From Clostridiales bacterium (lineage in GTDB: Bacteria; Bacillota; Clostridia; Lachnospirales; Lachnospiraceae): a stretch of 64,000 bases of DNA. The DNA lies in contig JAGZDD010000001.1 of assembly GCA_018369015.1 (NCBI GenBank), forward strand, positions 21,370 through 85,369. Reading direction: 5' to 3'. Position numbers and translations under genes: made by a program. Shown here piece after piece: positions 1 to 10,178 of the stretch (its first letter is position 1; every line of letters begins with the position of its first letter). Under the pieces are notes generated by a model that searched no databases, had not been told where the DNA came from, and was given only the letters and a program-made list of their open reading frames with translations.

Positions 1-753
1 CCGGAATACCGGTTCGGACAATATGGAAATTCCAGCTCCGGTGAGAACCTTTAGAAACAAATCTTCGGTGCTGCTGGCTTCAATACATGGATTGTATACG
101 GCGTTGTATTTTGAAAAAAGCTTTTCAAAATATGGGATAGAGCACAGATTTTCTTTCATACTCAGATAAACCATAGGAAGGCCGGACAATTCTTCAATAG
201 AAACTTCGGCTTTTGAAGCCAGCGGATGTTTTTCCTCGGCAAAAACATAAAAATTATTTTTAAAAAATGTTTTGTAGCCAATATTGGGAGAAGTATTTTC
301 TGTCCAGTCGAGCATAATTGTAATATCTGTTTTATTTTCCTCAATAAACTTTTTCGTCTGGGGGCCAGGCTCTTCAATGTTCATATGAACCTTTATATCC
401 GGGTATTTTTTATTAAATTCCGGCAGAAAGTCATAAATAAACAGAGAGCTTAATGTATAAGAGGCTGTAATTTCAATTTCCCCCAGTGCGCCATCCTTTG
501 ACATTTGTACATGTTTCATGGCTTTCTGATATTGAAGGACAACCTTCTCCACATCTTCTGAAAAAATTTTCCCGATCGGCGTCAGCGCCACAGAGTGTTT
601 GCTCCGGGTAAACAGCGCTACGCCAAGCTGGCTTTCAAGATTTTGAATATGACGGCTTAAAACAGACTGGGATATATAGAGCTGATCCGCCGCCTTGCTG
701 TAATTCAGGCATTTTGAAAGTATGATAAATTCATTAAGCAAATCGATATCCAT
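1..753 (-). CDS. LysR-family transcriptional regulator (3' end beyond window start)
   Basis: Not in the ORF track. Manual translation from ATG at 753 gives MDIDLLNEFIILSKCLNYSKAADQLYISQSVLSRHIQNLESQLGVALFTRSKHSVALTPIG, a LysR HTH; AGAGGGGG SD upstream. Confidence 0.9.
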   Translation of the reverse strand, partial: MDIDLLNEFIILSKCLNYSKAADQLYISQSVLSRHIQNLESQLGVALFTRSKHSVALTPIGKIFSEDVEKVVLQYQKAMKHVQMSKDGALGEIEITASYTLSSLFIYDFLPEFNKKYPDIKVHMNIEEPGPQTKKFIEENKTDITIMLDWTENTSPNIGYKTFFKNNFYVFAEEKHPLASKAEVSIEELSGLPMVYLSMKENLCSIPYFEKLFSKYNAVYNPCIEASSTEDLFLKVLTGAGISILSEPVFR

Positions 754-780
754 TATGTAAATCCCCCTCTAATACAGCTT

Positions 781-2043
781 TTATTTTGGATTACGGTCAA
801 TAAAACGCGTCTGATATTTAGAATAGACAATTTTTTGTTCCTTGTAAAGCCCGTGATAACCAGACATCATATAGCTGACAGATACGGCCACGAGATAGTA
901 GGGCATACCCTGGAAGCCAAACAGCTCAAAGCCGATGAACAGCGATGTTATGGGGCAGTTTGTGACGCCGCAGAATACGCCGAGCATACCGCAGGCTGCG
1001 CTTAAGGAAAGGGGCAGGCCAATGAAGGGGCCTGCAAGGCTTCCAAAAGTCGCCCCGATAAAAAAGGAGGGAACAATCTCTCCGCCTTTAAAGCCAGCGC
1101 CCAGGGCCAGGCTTGTAAAAACCATTTTTAACAAAAAGGCCTCGGGCCGCGCGCCATCGTGGAAAGATTTTTCTATAACATCCATACCAGCGCCCATATA
1201 ATCCGTTGTCTGAAAAATGAATGTCAGTAATATAATCAGCCCGCTGGACACAAGGATTCGGATAAATGGGTTGGAAAAATGCTTTTTAAACAGCTTTCCA
1301 AAGCCACGGAGCATAAGGCAGAAGGCGGCGCTTAAAATACCGAAAAAAATGGACAGAAAGATCATTTTTATAAAATGCTCCACATTAAAATCCGGAATAA
1401 TTGATACATAAAAGGATTCGGATATAACGCCTAAGCTTTTGGAAAATATGCTTGCAATGAGCGACGCAAAAACGCAGGGAACAAGCGCTGAGTAATGCAT
1501 AATACCAATGCTTATGACTTCCATGGCAAAGATCGCAGAAGCCAGGGGAGTTCCGAAAATCGCGGAAAAACCGGCGCTCATACCGCACATAATAACGATA
1601 TGGCGGTCCTCCGGATTGACTCTTAAAAGCTTTCCAAGCTGGGCGGATATACTGCCGCCCAGCTGGAGCGCCGCGCCCTCCCGGCCTGCGGAAGCGCCGA
1701 AAAAGTGGGTCAGAAAGGTGGCAATAAAAATCATAGGGGCCATACGTCCGGGAATTTTTTCATCCTTGTGGATCGCAGCCAGGACAACATTTGTACCAAG
1801 ATCATTTTTCATAAAATGGTAAAGCGCCACAATAAGCAGGCCTCCAATAGGAAGCCCTAAAATCACCTGTGGATGGGCGGTTCTGAAATTTGTGGCAAAG
1901 CTCAGGGCATAATAAAAAGCCGTGGCTGCGGCGCCTACAACGATGCCTGTGAGCGTTCCGAATAAAATCCATTTAAAAAGTATTCTAAGCCCGAAAATGG
2001 ATGTATAAGTAAGATGACGAATCCGCCGAAGTATCTGGCGCAC
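781..2043 (-). CDS. ClC-family chloride channel/antiporter
   Basis: 420 aa, multi-TM; GREGAA, FGTPLA and GFKGGEIVP ClC motifs. Confidence 0.9.
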   Translation of the reverse strand: MRQILRRIRHLTYTSIFGLRILFKWILFGTLTGIVVGAAATAFYYALSFATNFRTAHPQVILGLPIGGLLIVALYHFMKNDLGTNVVLAAIHKDEKIPGRMAPMIFIATFLTHFFGASAGREGAALQLGGSISAQLGKLLRVNPEDRHIVIMCGMSAGFSAIFGTPLASAIFAMEVISIGIMHYSALVPCVFASLIASIFSKSLGVISESFYVSIIPDFNVEHFIKMIFLSIFFGILSAAFCLMLRGFGKLFKKHFSNPFIRILVSSGLIILLTFIFQTTDYMGAGMDVIEKSFHDGARPEAFLLKMVFTSLALGAGFKGGEIVPSFFIGATFGSLAGPFIGLPLSLSAACGMLGVFCGVTNCPITSLFIGFELFGFQGMPYYLVAVSVSYMMSGYHGLYKEQKIVYSKYQTRFIDRNPK

Positions 2044-2374
2044 TTAGGTTCTCCTCCCTTATATTCCGGCATTACGTCCGCAGGAAACTTTCATGCCGCG
2101 TACAGCGCGGCTCCGTTTTGCAGGAAAGCCGGATGACAATATGCTTAAGCTTGTGAATAAAATAAGTCATTATAAATATATAATAGCATAGAAGAACTTT
2201 TCCGTCACATCTTTTTAAAAGTAAAACTTCATACTGCGCTGTGAGCAGATCTACCACGGAAAAAGCCAGATAACTCCTTGCCTGTGCCAGTCATCCAGGA
2301 TTTTATAGAAAAATTGTTGATGACTGCAAAAGAATATATAATATAAAAAGTTTTTGTTCTATGGCTGCAAAAAC

Positions 2375-2403
2375 TTGAAAAAAATCGTAGATTATTGTAT
2401 AAT
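2375..2403 (+). promoter_or_regulatory. sigma70/sigmaA promoter of the AAA ATPase gene
   Basis: TTGAAA-N17-TATAAT. Confidence 0.6.
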
Positions 2404-2425
2404 GACTGCAAACAGAGGTGATATT

Positions 2426-3625
2426 GTGATTCAAAGAAATGAATATTTAGAAAATCTGATAAGCTTTAAGGATAAGCAGCTTATAAAGGTCGTTACGGGA
2501 ATCCGGCGCTGCGGAAAATCGACTCTTTTTGAACTTTATCAGGATTATTTACGTGCTCATGGAATAGGGAATGATCAAATCAGCGCTTATAATTTAGAGG
2601 CCGGCGAATACGTGGATGTTACAGACAGTAAAGCATTATTTCAACTGGTGAGCAGTCATCTTGTACAAGATAAAATGAATTATATTTTTCTTGATGAAGT
2701 GCAGCGCGTTGAGGACTTTCAGAAAGCTGTGGATGCCCTGTTTATTAAAAAAAACTGCGACATATACATTACCGGCTCTAATGCCTACTTGCTTTCCGGG
2801 GAATTAGCAACCTTATTATCAGGAAGATACGTGGCGATAAAAATGCTTCCACTTTCATTTAGTGAATACGTTTCGGCTCGGGAAGACGGTGCTGCCCGTG
2901 AGATTATGTACCAGGATTATATTCATAACAGTTCCTTTCCATATACTCTGGCACTGCAAAAGGTGAAAGATATTCGTCAATATCTGGAAGGGATTTATGA
3001 TTCTATCGTATTAAAGGATATTATTGCGCGCAAACGTATTTATGACACGGACATGCTTAAAAGCGTGGTTCGTTTTCTGTTTGATAATATCGGAAACTTA
3101 TGCTCTACAAAAAAAATTGCCGATACGATGACATCGGCAGGAAGAAAAATTACGGTTCACACCGTTGAAAATTATCTCGAGGCATTGACTGAAAGCTTTG
3201 TTTTTTATAAAGTCGGGAGATATGACATTAAAAGAAAGCAATATTTAAAAACCGGCGATAAGTATTATGCCGCTGATATAGGACTTAGATATAGTGTCCT
3301 CGGAAGTAAAAAAGCCGATGACGGACACATTTTGGAAAATATTGTCTATCTGGAGCTTTGCCGCCGGGGATATGAAGTCTATATCGGCAAAGTGGGAAGT
3401 GCTGAGGTTGATTTTATCGCCATCAATGAAGAGGGAGAGGAATATTACCAAGTGGCTTATACAGTAAGGGATGCGGATGGAAAAACTTTAGACCGCGAGC
3501 TTGAACCTCTGGATGCCATTAAAGATCATAATCCCAAGTATTTGCTCACTATGGATTATGGGCCGATAATATCTCACAATGGAATTAAACAGATTTATGT
3601 CCTGGATTGGCTGTTGAAATCATAA
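2426..3625 (+). CDS. AAA+ ATP-binding protein (AAA_14 + DUF4143 type)
   Basis: Walker A GIRRCGKST, Walker B IFLDEVQ, TGSNA, C-terminal ENIVYLEL..EVDF; start moved to GTG 2426 after SD GAGGTG. Confidence 0.85.
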   Translation: MIQRNEYLENLISFKDKQLIKVVTGIRRCGKSTLFELYQDYLRAHGIGNDQISAYNLEAGEYVDVTDSKALFQLVSSHLVQDKMNYIFLDEVQRVEDFQKAVDALFIKKNCDIYITGSNAYLLSGELATLLSGRYVAIKMLPLSFSEYVSAREDGAAREIMYQDYIHNSSFPYTLALQKVKDIRQYLEGIYDSIVLKDIIARKRIYDTDMLKSVVRFLFDNIGNLCSTKKIADTMTSAGRKITVHTVENYLEALTESFVFYKVGRYDIKRKQYLKTGDKYYAADIGLRYSVLGSKKADDGHILENIVYLELCRRGYEVYIGKVGSAEVDFIAINEEGEEYYQVAYTVRDADGKTLDRELEPLDAIKDHNPKYLLTMDYGPIISHNGIKQIYVLDWLLKS

Positions 3626-3634
3626 CTCGAAAAA

Positions 3635-3660
3635 TGCCCCGCCGGGTCAAAGGCGGGGCA
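3635..3660. terminator. hairpin between convergent genes
   Basis: TGCCCCGCC-N8-GGCGGGGCA with an adjacent A run (U tract on the minus strand). Confidence 0.6.
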
Positions 3661-3667
3661 AATACGG

Positions 3668-3755
3668 CTGCTACATCGGGCGAATATGCCTGCTACATCG
3701 GGCAAATATGCCTGCTACATCGGGCGAATATGTCTGTTACATCGAGCTAATATGG
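3668..3755. repeat. 22-bp tandem repeat, 4 copies plus a partial copy
   Basis: Unit CTGCTACATCGGGC(G/A)AATATGC at 3668, 3690, 3712 and (degenerate) 3734; no spacers. Confidence 0.9.
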
Positions 3756-3792
3756 CGTTTGCAGCGTGTTTACAGAGGAATAAATCCTGCAT

Positions 3793-4650
3793 TTACAGCG
3801 AATGAGAATCCTCCCAGAACTTTTTTTCCAGAATCTCATCATTAGTATATTCTTCTAGCATATGGGTCATGCAGCATTTTGCAATGTTTAAGGCGCGCTT
3901 CGGCTCAGGAATGGTGTAGAGATACCTGCCGTTTTCGACACCGATACCGTACCATAAGCGGATGCGCATTTCCCGGCCATATTCTGTTTTCCTGTGATAA
4001 AACACAATCGTGTTGCGCTCAAGACGGTCAGGGAAGGGGCTGTCCAGGTTGTAGCCGATTGCAGTTGTTCCGTTAATCTGTATGCAGTCTGGGTCATTTT
4101 TTTCAATATCTTCAAAGCTCATGCCAAGATCTTCTACCTGAACCTGTCCGGCAAACTTCATATTCATTCTTCCAAAACCGAAGTCTTCCATACAGCCATT
4201 TTCATAGGCAAAATAGTGAGCCTTCGGATGCCAGATTTTATAAAACAGGTTGTCACAGTCGGCGAAATGCTTATTGTAATAATCCACCATGTCATCGGTG
4301 CGCCCTTCCTGGCGGATGAGCGCCGCAGCGTAGGTGACGCCGCTTGGCAGGACGCAGTAGCCGTTTTCGATGTCACAGTGTCCGGTATTATTCATAAATT
4401 TTCCGTAATCCTTCATTTCAAAGGCTTTGGATGCATCCATAGGGCCGCTTTGAACCGTTTTTTTCAATGCTTCCGGCAATGGCCGTACCTCCGGCTGATA
4501 ATACCGGGCATGGGGATGTGCCTTTTCATGTTCTGTCAGTTGGGTGGTCAGTTCCCGCAACTGTTCATTACTGAGCGCGCCAAAAGGCACTCCGCAGTCC
4601 TTTGGAAATAACATAGGATGATTTTTTGTGTAAAACATAATTGTATTCAT
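3793..4650 (-). CDS. DAPG hydrolase (PhlG)/phloretin hydrolase-like C-C hydrolase
   Basis: 285 aa; ENGYCVLPSG, YKIWHPKAH, EDFG and C-terminal HMLEE (HxxxE) fit the PhlG/Phy family pattern. Confidence 0.75.
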   Translation of the reverse strand: MNTIMFYTKNHPMLFPKDCGVPFGALSNEQLRELTTQLTEHEKAHPHARYYQPEVRPLPEALKKTVQSGPMDASKAFEMKDYGKFMNNTGHCDIENGYCVLPSGVTYAAALIRQEGRTDDMVDYYNKHFADCDNLFYKIWHPKAHYFAYENGCMEDFGFGRMNMKFAGQVQVEDLGMSFEDIEKNDPDCIQINGTTAIGYNLDSPFPDRLERNTIVFYHRKTEYGREMRIRLWYGIGVENGRYLYTIPEPKRALNIAKCCMTHMLEEYTNDEILEKKFWEDSHSL

Positions 4651-5969
4651 TTCCTTTCTTCAAGAATTTTCCGGTTTTTTTCAGCTTCTTTGTTGGTCAT
4701 GTCAATCAGCCCAACGCACAGGGCGGCGAGGGCGACAAAGACAATGGGCGCCAGGTTTGTTAAAATGTTAAGCCCCTTTAATGTGGACGCGCTCTGAGTC
4801 ACATTGGGAATGTAGCCGATGACGCCAAGCAGGGCGGTAGAAATAGCGCCGCCGACAGCGATTCCGATTTTTGTTCCAAGGCCGAGCATGGAGTACATAA
4901 TGCCGTCGGAGCGCGTTCCTGTATGAACCTCCTCACGGTCGGCCAGCTCTCCGTTAATACTGTAAAGAACTGCCGGCGCAAAGTTGGAAATCCCCATTAA
5001 AATACTTCCTATGTAAGTCATAGCAATGCCATGAGGCCCCGCAAAAAATACGATTAAAAGGGAAATGGTCTGAAGCGCATAGGACATCAGGCAAACGACC
5101 TTTTTATCCCAACGTTTTGTAAGGAAAGGAACAATAAATTGTACCAATATCGTAAATAAATTATAGCACATTAAAACAGAGGCCATCATTTCAGCATTTC
5201 CGACATAGTAGATGAAATAATAAGATAAAACGCCCATGCGCCCGAGAATGGAGCCTGCAGTGAAAATGCCGTTGATCGTCAGCAGCAGGACATTTTTATT
5301 TTTTATGACATACAAAAAGCTTTCCCGCAGCGTGGGCGTACTGGCTGTTTTTTGTACACGGACACGTTCCTTGCAGACAAGGCCGCCAAATAAAATGCAG
5401 GCCATGCCAATGAACGCGAAAATGATGTTTGTGTATAAATAACCGCTGGCAGAGGATGTACTTCCGTGGCCAAAATAAAGAATCATCGGCATGGCGATAG
5501 CTCCGAGGATTAATCCGGTAATACCGCTCCCCATTTGCCTGAGCGCATTAAGCTGAACTCTTGTCTGGGAATCCCGGGTCATTACATTGACAATGGAACC
5601 TTCACTGATACTGACAGCGGTATAGGACATGCCGCAGAGAATATAAGTTACAGCGGTATAGGCAATGGCCGTGCCGCCGGATGCCCCGGTTTTTGAAAGT
5701 GTTAATATACTTGTCAGGGCAAGCACAGGTGCGGCAAAAATCAGATAAGGCCGGTATTTTCCAAAATGCGTGTTTGTTTTTTCTGCAATCACTCCCATCA
5801 TCGGATCGTTGACGCCGTCCCATATTCTGGCGACAAGCATGATTGCGCTGGCAACGAAGGGAGTAAGGCCCACAACATCTGTATAAAATACTGCAAGATA
5901 AGTGCTGATCATTGTCCATACAAACTGCAGGCCGACTTCAAGGGAACAGTAACCTGCTCTGCGTATTAT
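4647..5969 (-). CDS. MFS glycoside-pentoside-hexuronide (GPH) symporter
   Basis: ARIWDGVNDPMMG...T.FGKYRPYL GPH motif. First in-frame ATG is 5912, but similarity to the 8646 paralog extends to an ATA at 5969. Confidence 0.85.
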   Translation of the reverse strand: MIRRAGYCSLEVGLQFVWTMISTYLAVFYTDVVGLTPFVASAIMLVARIWDGVNDPMMGVIAEKTNTHFGKYRPYLIFAAPVLALTSILTLSKTGASGGTAIAYTAVTYILCGMSYTAVSISEGSIVNVMTRDSQTRVQLNALRQMGSGITGLILGAIAMPMILYFGHGSTSSASGYLYTNIIFAFIGMACILFGGLVCKERVRVQKTASTPTLRESFLYVIKNKNVLLLTINGIFTAGSILGRMGVLSYYFIYYVGNAEMMASVLMCYNLFTILVQFIVPFLTKRWDKKVVCLMSYALQTISLLIVFFAGPHGIAMTYIGSILMGISNFAPAVLYSINGELADREEVHTGTRSDGIMYSMLGLGTKIGIAVGGAISTALLGVIGYIPNVTQSASTLKGLNILTNLAPIVFVALAALCVGLIDMTNKEAEKNRKILEERK

Positions 5970-8361
5970 GGCTGTGACCTTTCCCGGGAAACATGAATGA
6001 GACGGATTTCGTTTGGCTCCATATCAAAATCCAGATGCAGCGTATGTGAAACAACATGTTCCACAGTTGTCGTAAGCTTTGGAATACAGCGTTTTTGCAA
6101 ATAATTAACATCGTTGAAGGTTAATTCATTGGGATAGCCCATTTCCTTCCAGAGCCCGATTAAATTTCCGAAATGCTCATTAATGATACGGTGTTTTTGC
6201 GTATACCTGCCATTTGTCAGATCGTTAAGCCTTATATTTATGGAACGCTTTTCCATATCCTCCATGTAGTCCATATAATTTTGCGCTGTGATTTTTTCCT
6301 CGGGTGTATGAAAATATTGCGGCCCTGGTTTTTTATAGTTATGGCAGAGAATCCAGAAATCGTTTTCTGCATCGGCAGTGATTAACGTATTTTCTGTACG
6401 TGCCAAAAGCTCACTACCCATATGGTTTAAAAAATTAAAAGCGTAATAACTGGGCTTTAAAAGCATGTGGCGGGTTAAAAGCCCGGTGCCGCCGAATAAT
6501 ATATTTTTTGTGTCATTATATTCCGCAAACAGGTCAGTTCCGTTCCAGTAGGCTAAAAGATCGGCCTGGCCAATAATATTGATACAGTTTTTGACAATGT
6601 AGGCGGCCTTAAAAATACTGTCATTGAGCATATTGCGGTTCGATACGGAAAATCCCCATTCTGAAATATGGCGTTCGACATTTTCACCGGATTCCTTGCG
6701 GATATGGGAAAGCCGGATATGATTCTGCATTTTATTAAGCTGCCCGCATTGGTATTCAAGATAATCATCCCGGGAAAAGCACTGGCCTTCCGGTATGTCC
6801 AGTGCTTTTGCAGCTTTTTGCGGATAGTCATTGGGATAACTGTAAATGCTTATAAAATCCAGACGGCGTAAAACCTCCGGCATCTGGTAAAGAGGCTCGG
6901 CCATATCTCCAATACCGCCGATTTTAGCCTTTGGGGCATATTTTTTTATGACATCATAAAGCATACAAAACCAGTCTTCATATTGTTTCTTTGCATTTTT
7001 AGCCGGGGCCTCATAATCATACCAACATTCAAAATACCACTGATTCACTTCATCCTTCCCATATCTTCGGCTAAAGTGGTCGATAAAATGAAGGATAAAG
7101 TTTTGATAGTCACTATTTTGTACTAGGAGCTTCGGGTAACGCTCCTCTGTAAGAATGTTATTTGTTCCCCTTAAAATCCGGGCTGGCTTATTCCCAAGAT
7201 CCAGATAAATGTGCAGGCCATTTTCAATGAGAAAATCAAAAATACGATCCAGCCTGGAAAAATCGAAGGTGAGCTGATGTTCCTGATATTTAATCATTTG
7301 CAGATCCGGCGCATCAATATTCCATAGACGGGTGTATAAAAAGCCAAGCTCCTTCTTTAAAAAAAGGACATGTTTTTGAAAATCGGACCGGGCAAGCAAA
7401 GCGATCGCCCCCACGTTAATGACCTTGCTCCAGCATTTATTATATTTTTGCGACTTGCCGGCGGCAGAGCACACGACCGGTACATATCCATCCGCTTCTT
7501 CGTCTTTTGTAACATCCAGCTTTAAATATTTGCGCAGGGAGATTTTAGCATTTTGCAGGGAGGAATGACTTTGGTGAACCATATATTTCATTTCGTTCCG
7601 GTATTTGGACGGCGATGTTCCCATAACCTGGTTAAAGCTTTTATAAAATGCTGTGAGATTTGGAAAACCGCAGTCCATGGCAATCTGGGCGACACTTTGG
7701 CTCATATTTTGCACAAGCATGTCCTTGGCGCGCTTTAAGCGGAACTGATTGAGATAATCTAAAAAATTAACGCCAAATAATTTTTTGAAATACCTGGACA
7801 TGTAAACTGTGGAAAATGCATAGCCTGAGCTAAGTCCTGAAGCTTTACCGGATAGAAATAATTTTCTTCGATAAATTTCAAAATCCGGTTCCTGCGCCGC
7901 TGTTCCTCAGAACAAAGAGCTGTGTCTTTTTCTGTGTAAAAATAGGCGAGATGATAGAATAGCTCATAATAAGCCGATTGGAGTAAAAGCTCGTCCATTT
8001 TATCTTCTGAAAGATAGAGATTCATTATTTTCCGAAGCAGTCGCCGTGTTTTTTGATTTTCCGAAGTTTCTTTTCTGGACATCTGTGCGGTGCAGCAAAT
8101 CAGCTCCGGCTCGGAATACATACCTGCAATGGCGTGATTGACATGGATTGTCATATAAAGGACTTTTTCTGATGCGGTGAAGGTGTGGCTCTGATTTTTT
8201 TGCACAACAAAGAAATCGTCTTTAAATACCGCAAAGGTCTGATTTGCAGACGTACATTGCATTTTCCCTTCAATTACATAAAAAAATTCCATAAATGCAT
8301 GTTCATGGGGAAGTATCTGCCTTTCTTGTCCAATTTTAAGCTCCATTAATGATTCATTCAT
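5966..8361 (-). pseudogene. AraC-GH39-like fusion regulator, split by a 1-nt frameshift at about 7813-7816
   Basis: ORFs 7759..8418 and 5966..7801 join inside the AraC HTH (AQAMHF|STVYMSRYFKK) if one T is added to a T4 run; intact paralogs at 54756 and 59700. May be a sequencing error. Confidence 0.75.
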
Positions 8362-8507
8362 AGTATATCCTTCCAGGTCACAGGTTTTGTGCCTTACGCC
8401 GCGAATTAACGGGGACAATTCAGCATAGCTGTTACAATTAGCCCGGCTGTTCCATTTAGCACGGCAGCGGCGGCCGTATGCCGGGAACGCAAGGCGCTTT
8501 TGGTTTT

Positions 8508-8574
8508 ATTATAAGGGAAGGGGAGATGTTTGTAAACGGATATGACCTATAAGGAACGGGGGGATATTTGTAAG
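8508..8574 (-). promoter_or_regulatory. sigmaA promoter with a degenerate tandem duplicate
   Basis: Minus strand TTTACA-N17-TATAAT (8536-8508) and a copy CTTACA-N17-TATAGG (8574-8546) with similar spacers. Confidence 0.6.
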
Positions 8575-8594
8575 GGAAAGATTTTGTCATTGCT

Positions 8595-8638
8595 ATAAAA
8601 AGCTGCGGCTTCCCTGATTGGAGAACCACAGCTTTTAT
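8595..8638 (-). terminator. intrinsic terminator after the GPH transporter
   Basis: ATAAAAAGCTGCGG...CCACAGCTTTTAT inverted repeat. Confidence 0.55.
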
Positions 8639-8645
8639 CTAAAAG

Positions 8646-10007
8646 TTACTGTTTTCTGGCCTTAATCTGTTCACGTATATGATCTGCCTCTTTATCAGTC
8701 ATTCGCCAGAGAAGACATGCGGCAGCAGCAAGGAAACATATAATCGCTGGGATTAAATTAACTGTGATATTGATTCCGCGAAGTGTTTCTGCCGTTTGCT
8801 GGGCATTAGCAACATAACCCATAGCTCCAAGAATAACTACGCCGACAGCGCCGCCGATAGCATTTCCGAGCTTTGTTGCAAGTCCGTAGGTTGCGTAGGC
8901 TGTTCCGTCTGTGCGTACGCCGGTTTTTAATTCCATATAATCAATGGAGTCGGCAACCATGGACAGTGACAGCGGCATAGACATACTGAAAATACCAAAA
9001 ATAAAGCATCCTGCGATGACCATGGGTATATTATCAAATGGCGCCATATAAATAATTAAGAGAGATATACCCTGTACGGCCATAGAAAGCATCAGCAAAT
9101 TTCTTTTGCCTGTAATTTTTACAAGTGAGGGAATAAAGAAGGACACAATAATTCCCATGACTGAGGGAATCGTGGTGATTACAGCCATTAACCCCATATC
9201 GCCAAGACAGTAAGTAACATAAAATGAGAGGACAGACATTCTTCCCATAAAAAATGTCATACTTAAAACGGTAATTAAGGTAACAATCATTAAATATTTA
9301 TTTTTTACAAGGTTAAGAAATGTTTCTTTAAACGAAAATTTGTGAATTTCCTCCCGAGCGGACATGATGTTTTCTTTGGATGTAAAAAATACGGCAAGGA
9401 ACATCGGGATAGAAATAATCGCGTAAATCAATGCTGTTATAAAATAGCCTGTGCTGTCGGCAGCGGCGGCGTTTTCTGCAGAAAATTTTAAAAGGATGGC
9501 CGCGGAAAATGCGTTGACAACAAGCCTTCCGATTTGCATGCCAATATTTCGGGAAGAATTAATCTGATTTCTCTGATTGGAGTCTTCGGTCATAACGGAA
9601 ACCAGAGCGCCATAAGGAATATTGACCAATGTAAATAACATTCCGGCAATGATATAGGTGACGGTAGCCCAAATAACACCCGCTGCAGAATCGCCGCTGA
9701 AAGGATGTGTAAAAGTAAGTACGGAAAAAACGGCAAGAGGCACGCAGCCGAAAGCGATATATGGCCTGAAACGTCCAAATTTTGAACGTGTTCTTTCGGC
9801 AATGGCTCCCATAATAGGATCGTTGACGGCATCCCAAATACGTGCTCCCATCATAATTGCGGATATGACAACAGGAGCCAGGCCAACAACGTCCATGTAA
9901 AAAATAGTCAGATACGAGCCGACAAAGGACCATACAAACTGAGACGCTAAATCTCCAAGCCCGTAGCATATCACTGCGGTACGTGTCGCAACTTTTGCAT
10001 TTTTCAT
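8646..10007 (-). CDS. MFS GPH-family sugar/glycoside:cation symporter
   Basis: 453 aa; ARIWDAVNDPIMG..RTRSKFGRFRPY, multi-TM. Confidence 0.92.
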   Translation of the reverse strand: MKNAKVATRTAVICYGLGDLASQFVWSFVGSYLTIFYMDVVGLAPVVISAIMMGARIWDAVNDPIMGAIAERTRSKFGRFRPYIAFGCVPLAVFSVLTFTHPFSGDSAAGVIWATVTYIIAGMLFTLVNIPYGALVSVMTEDSNQRNQINSSRNIGMQIGRLVVNAFSAAILLKFSAENAAAADSTGYFITALIYAIISIPMFLAVFFTSKENIMSAREEIHKFSFKETFLNLVKNKYLMIVTLITVLSMTFFMGRMSVLSFYVTYCLGDMGLMAVITTIPSVMGIIVSFFIPSLVKITGKRNLLMLSMAVQGISLLIIYMAPFDNIPMVIAGCFIFGIFSMSMPLSLSMVADSIDYMELKTGVRTDGTAYATYGLATKLGNAIGGAVGVVILGAMGYVANAQQTAETLRGINITVNLIPAIICFLAAAACLLWRMTDKEADHIREQIKARKQ

Positions 10008-10178
10008 CAGATAATACCCCCTTGTTTAGACAATTAGATTATTTTTGTGCTTCATTATGAGTAAATATTTTGATAAATTAATTATAGATACAATTATTGT
10101 AATTACAATGTATGATATAAACTAATTTATGGACAACAGTCACTTAAGAAATGGTGAAGGGATAGGGGGAAAGGTTTT

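Noticed and set aside
162..453. Short ORFs 162..377 and 226..453
   Set aside because: Shadow ORFs over the LysR gene.
781..2350. Fluoride exporter (CLC-F) with fluoride riboswitch
   Set aside because: Motifs (GTNVV, GREGA, GEIVP) only partly match the CLC-F signatures, and no riboswitch consensus was recognised upstream.
2426..3625. AAA/DUF4143 gene as an anti-phage system
   Set aside because: Stand-alone, widespread family with no partner genes or defence context here.
3668..3755. CRISPR array
   Set aside because: Repeats are contiguous with no spacers, and there are no cas genes in the window.
3994..4611. 205-aa plus-strand ORF, 52998..53597 and other antisense ORFs in the track
   Set aside because: They lie opposite well-supported genes and have no motifs or SD.
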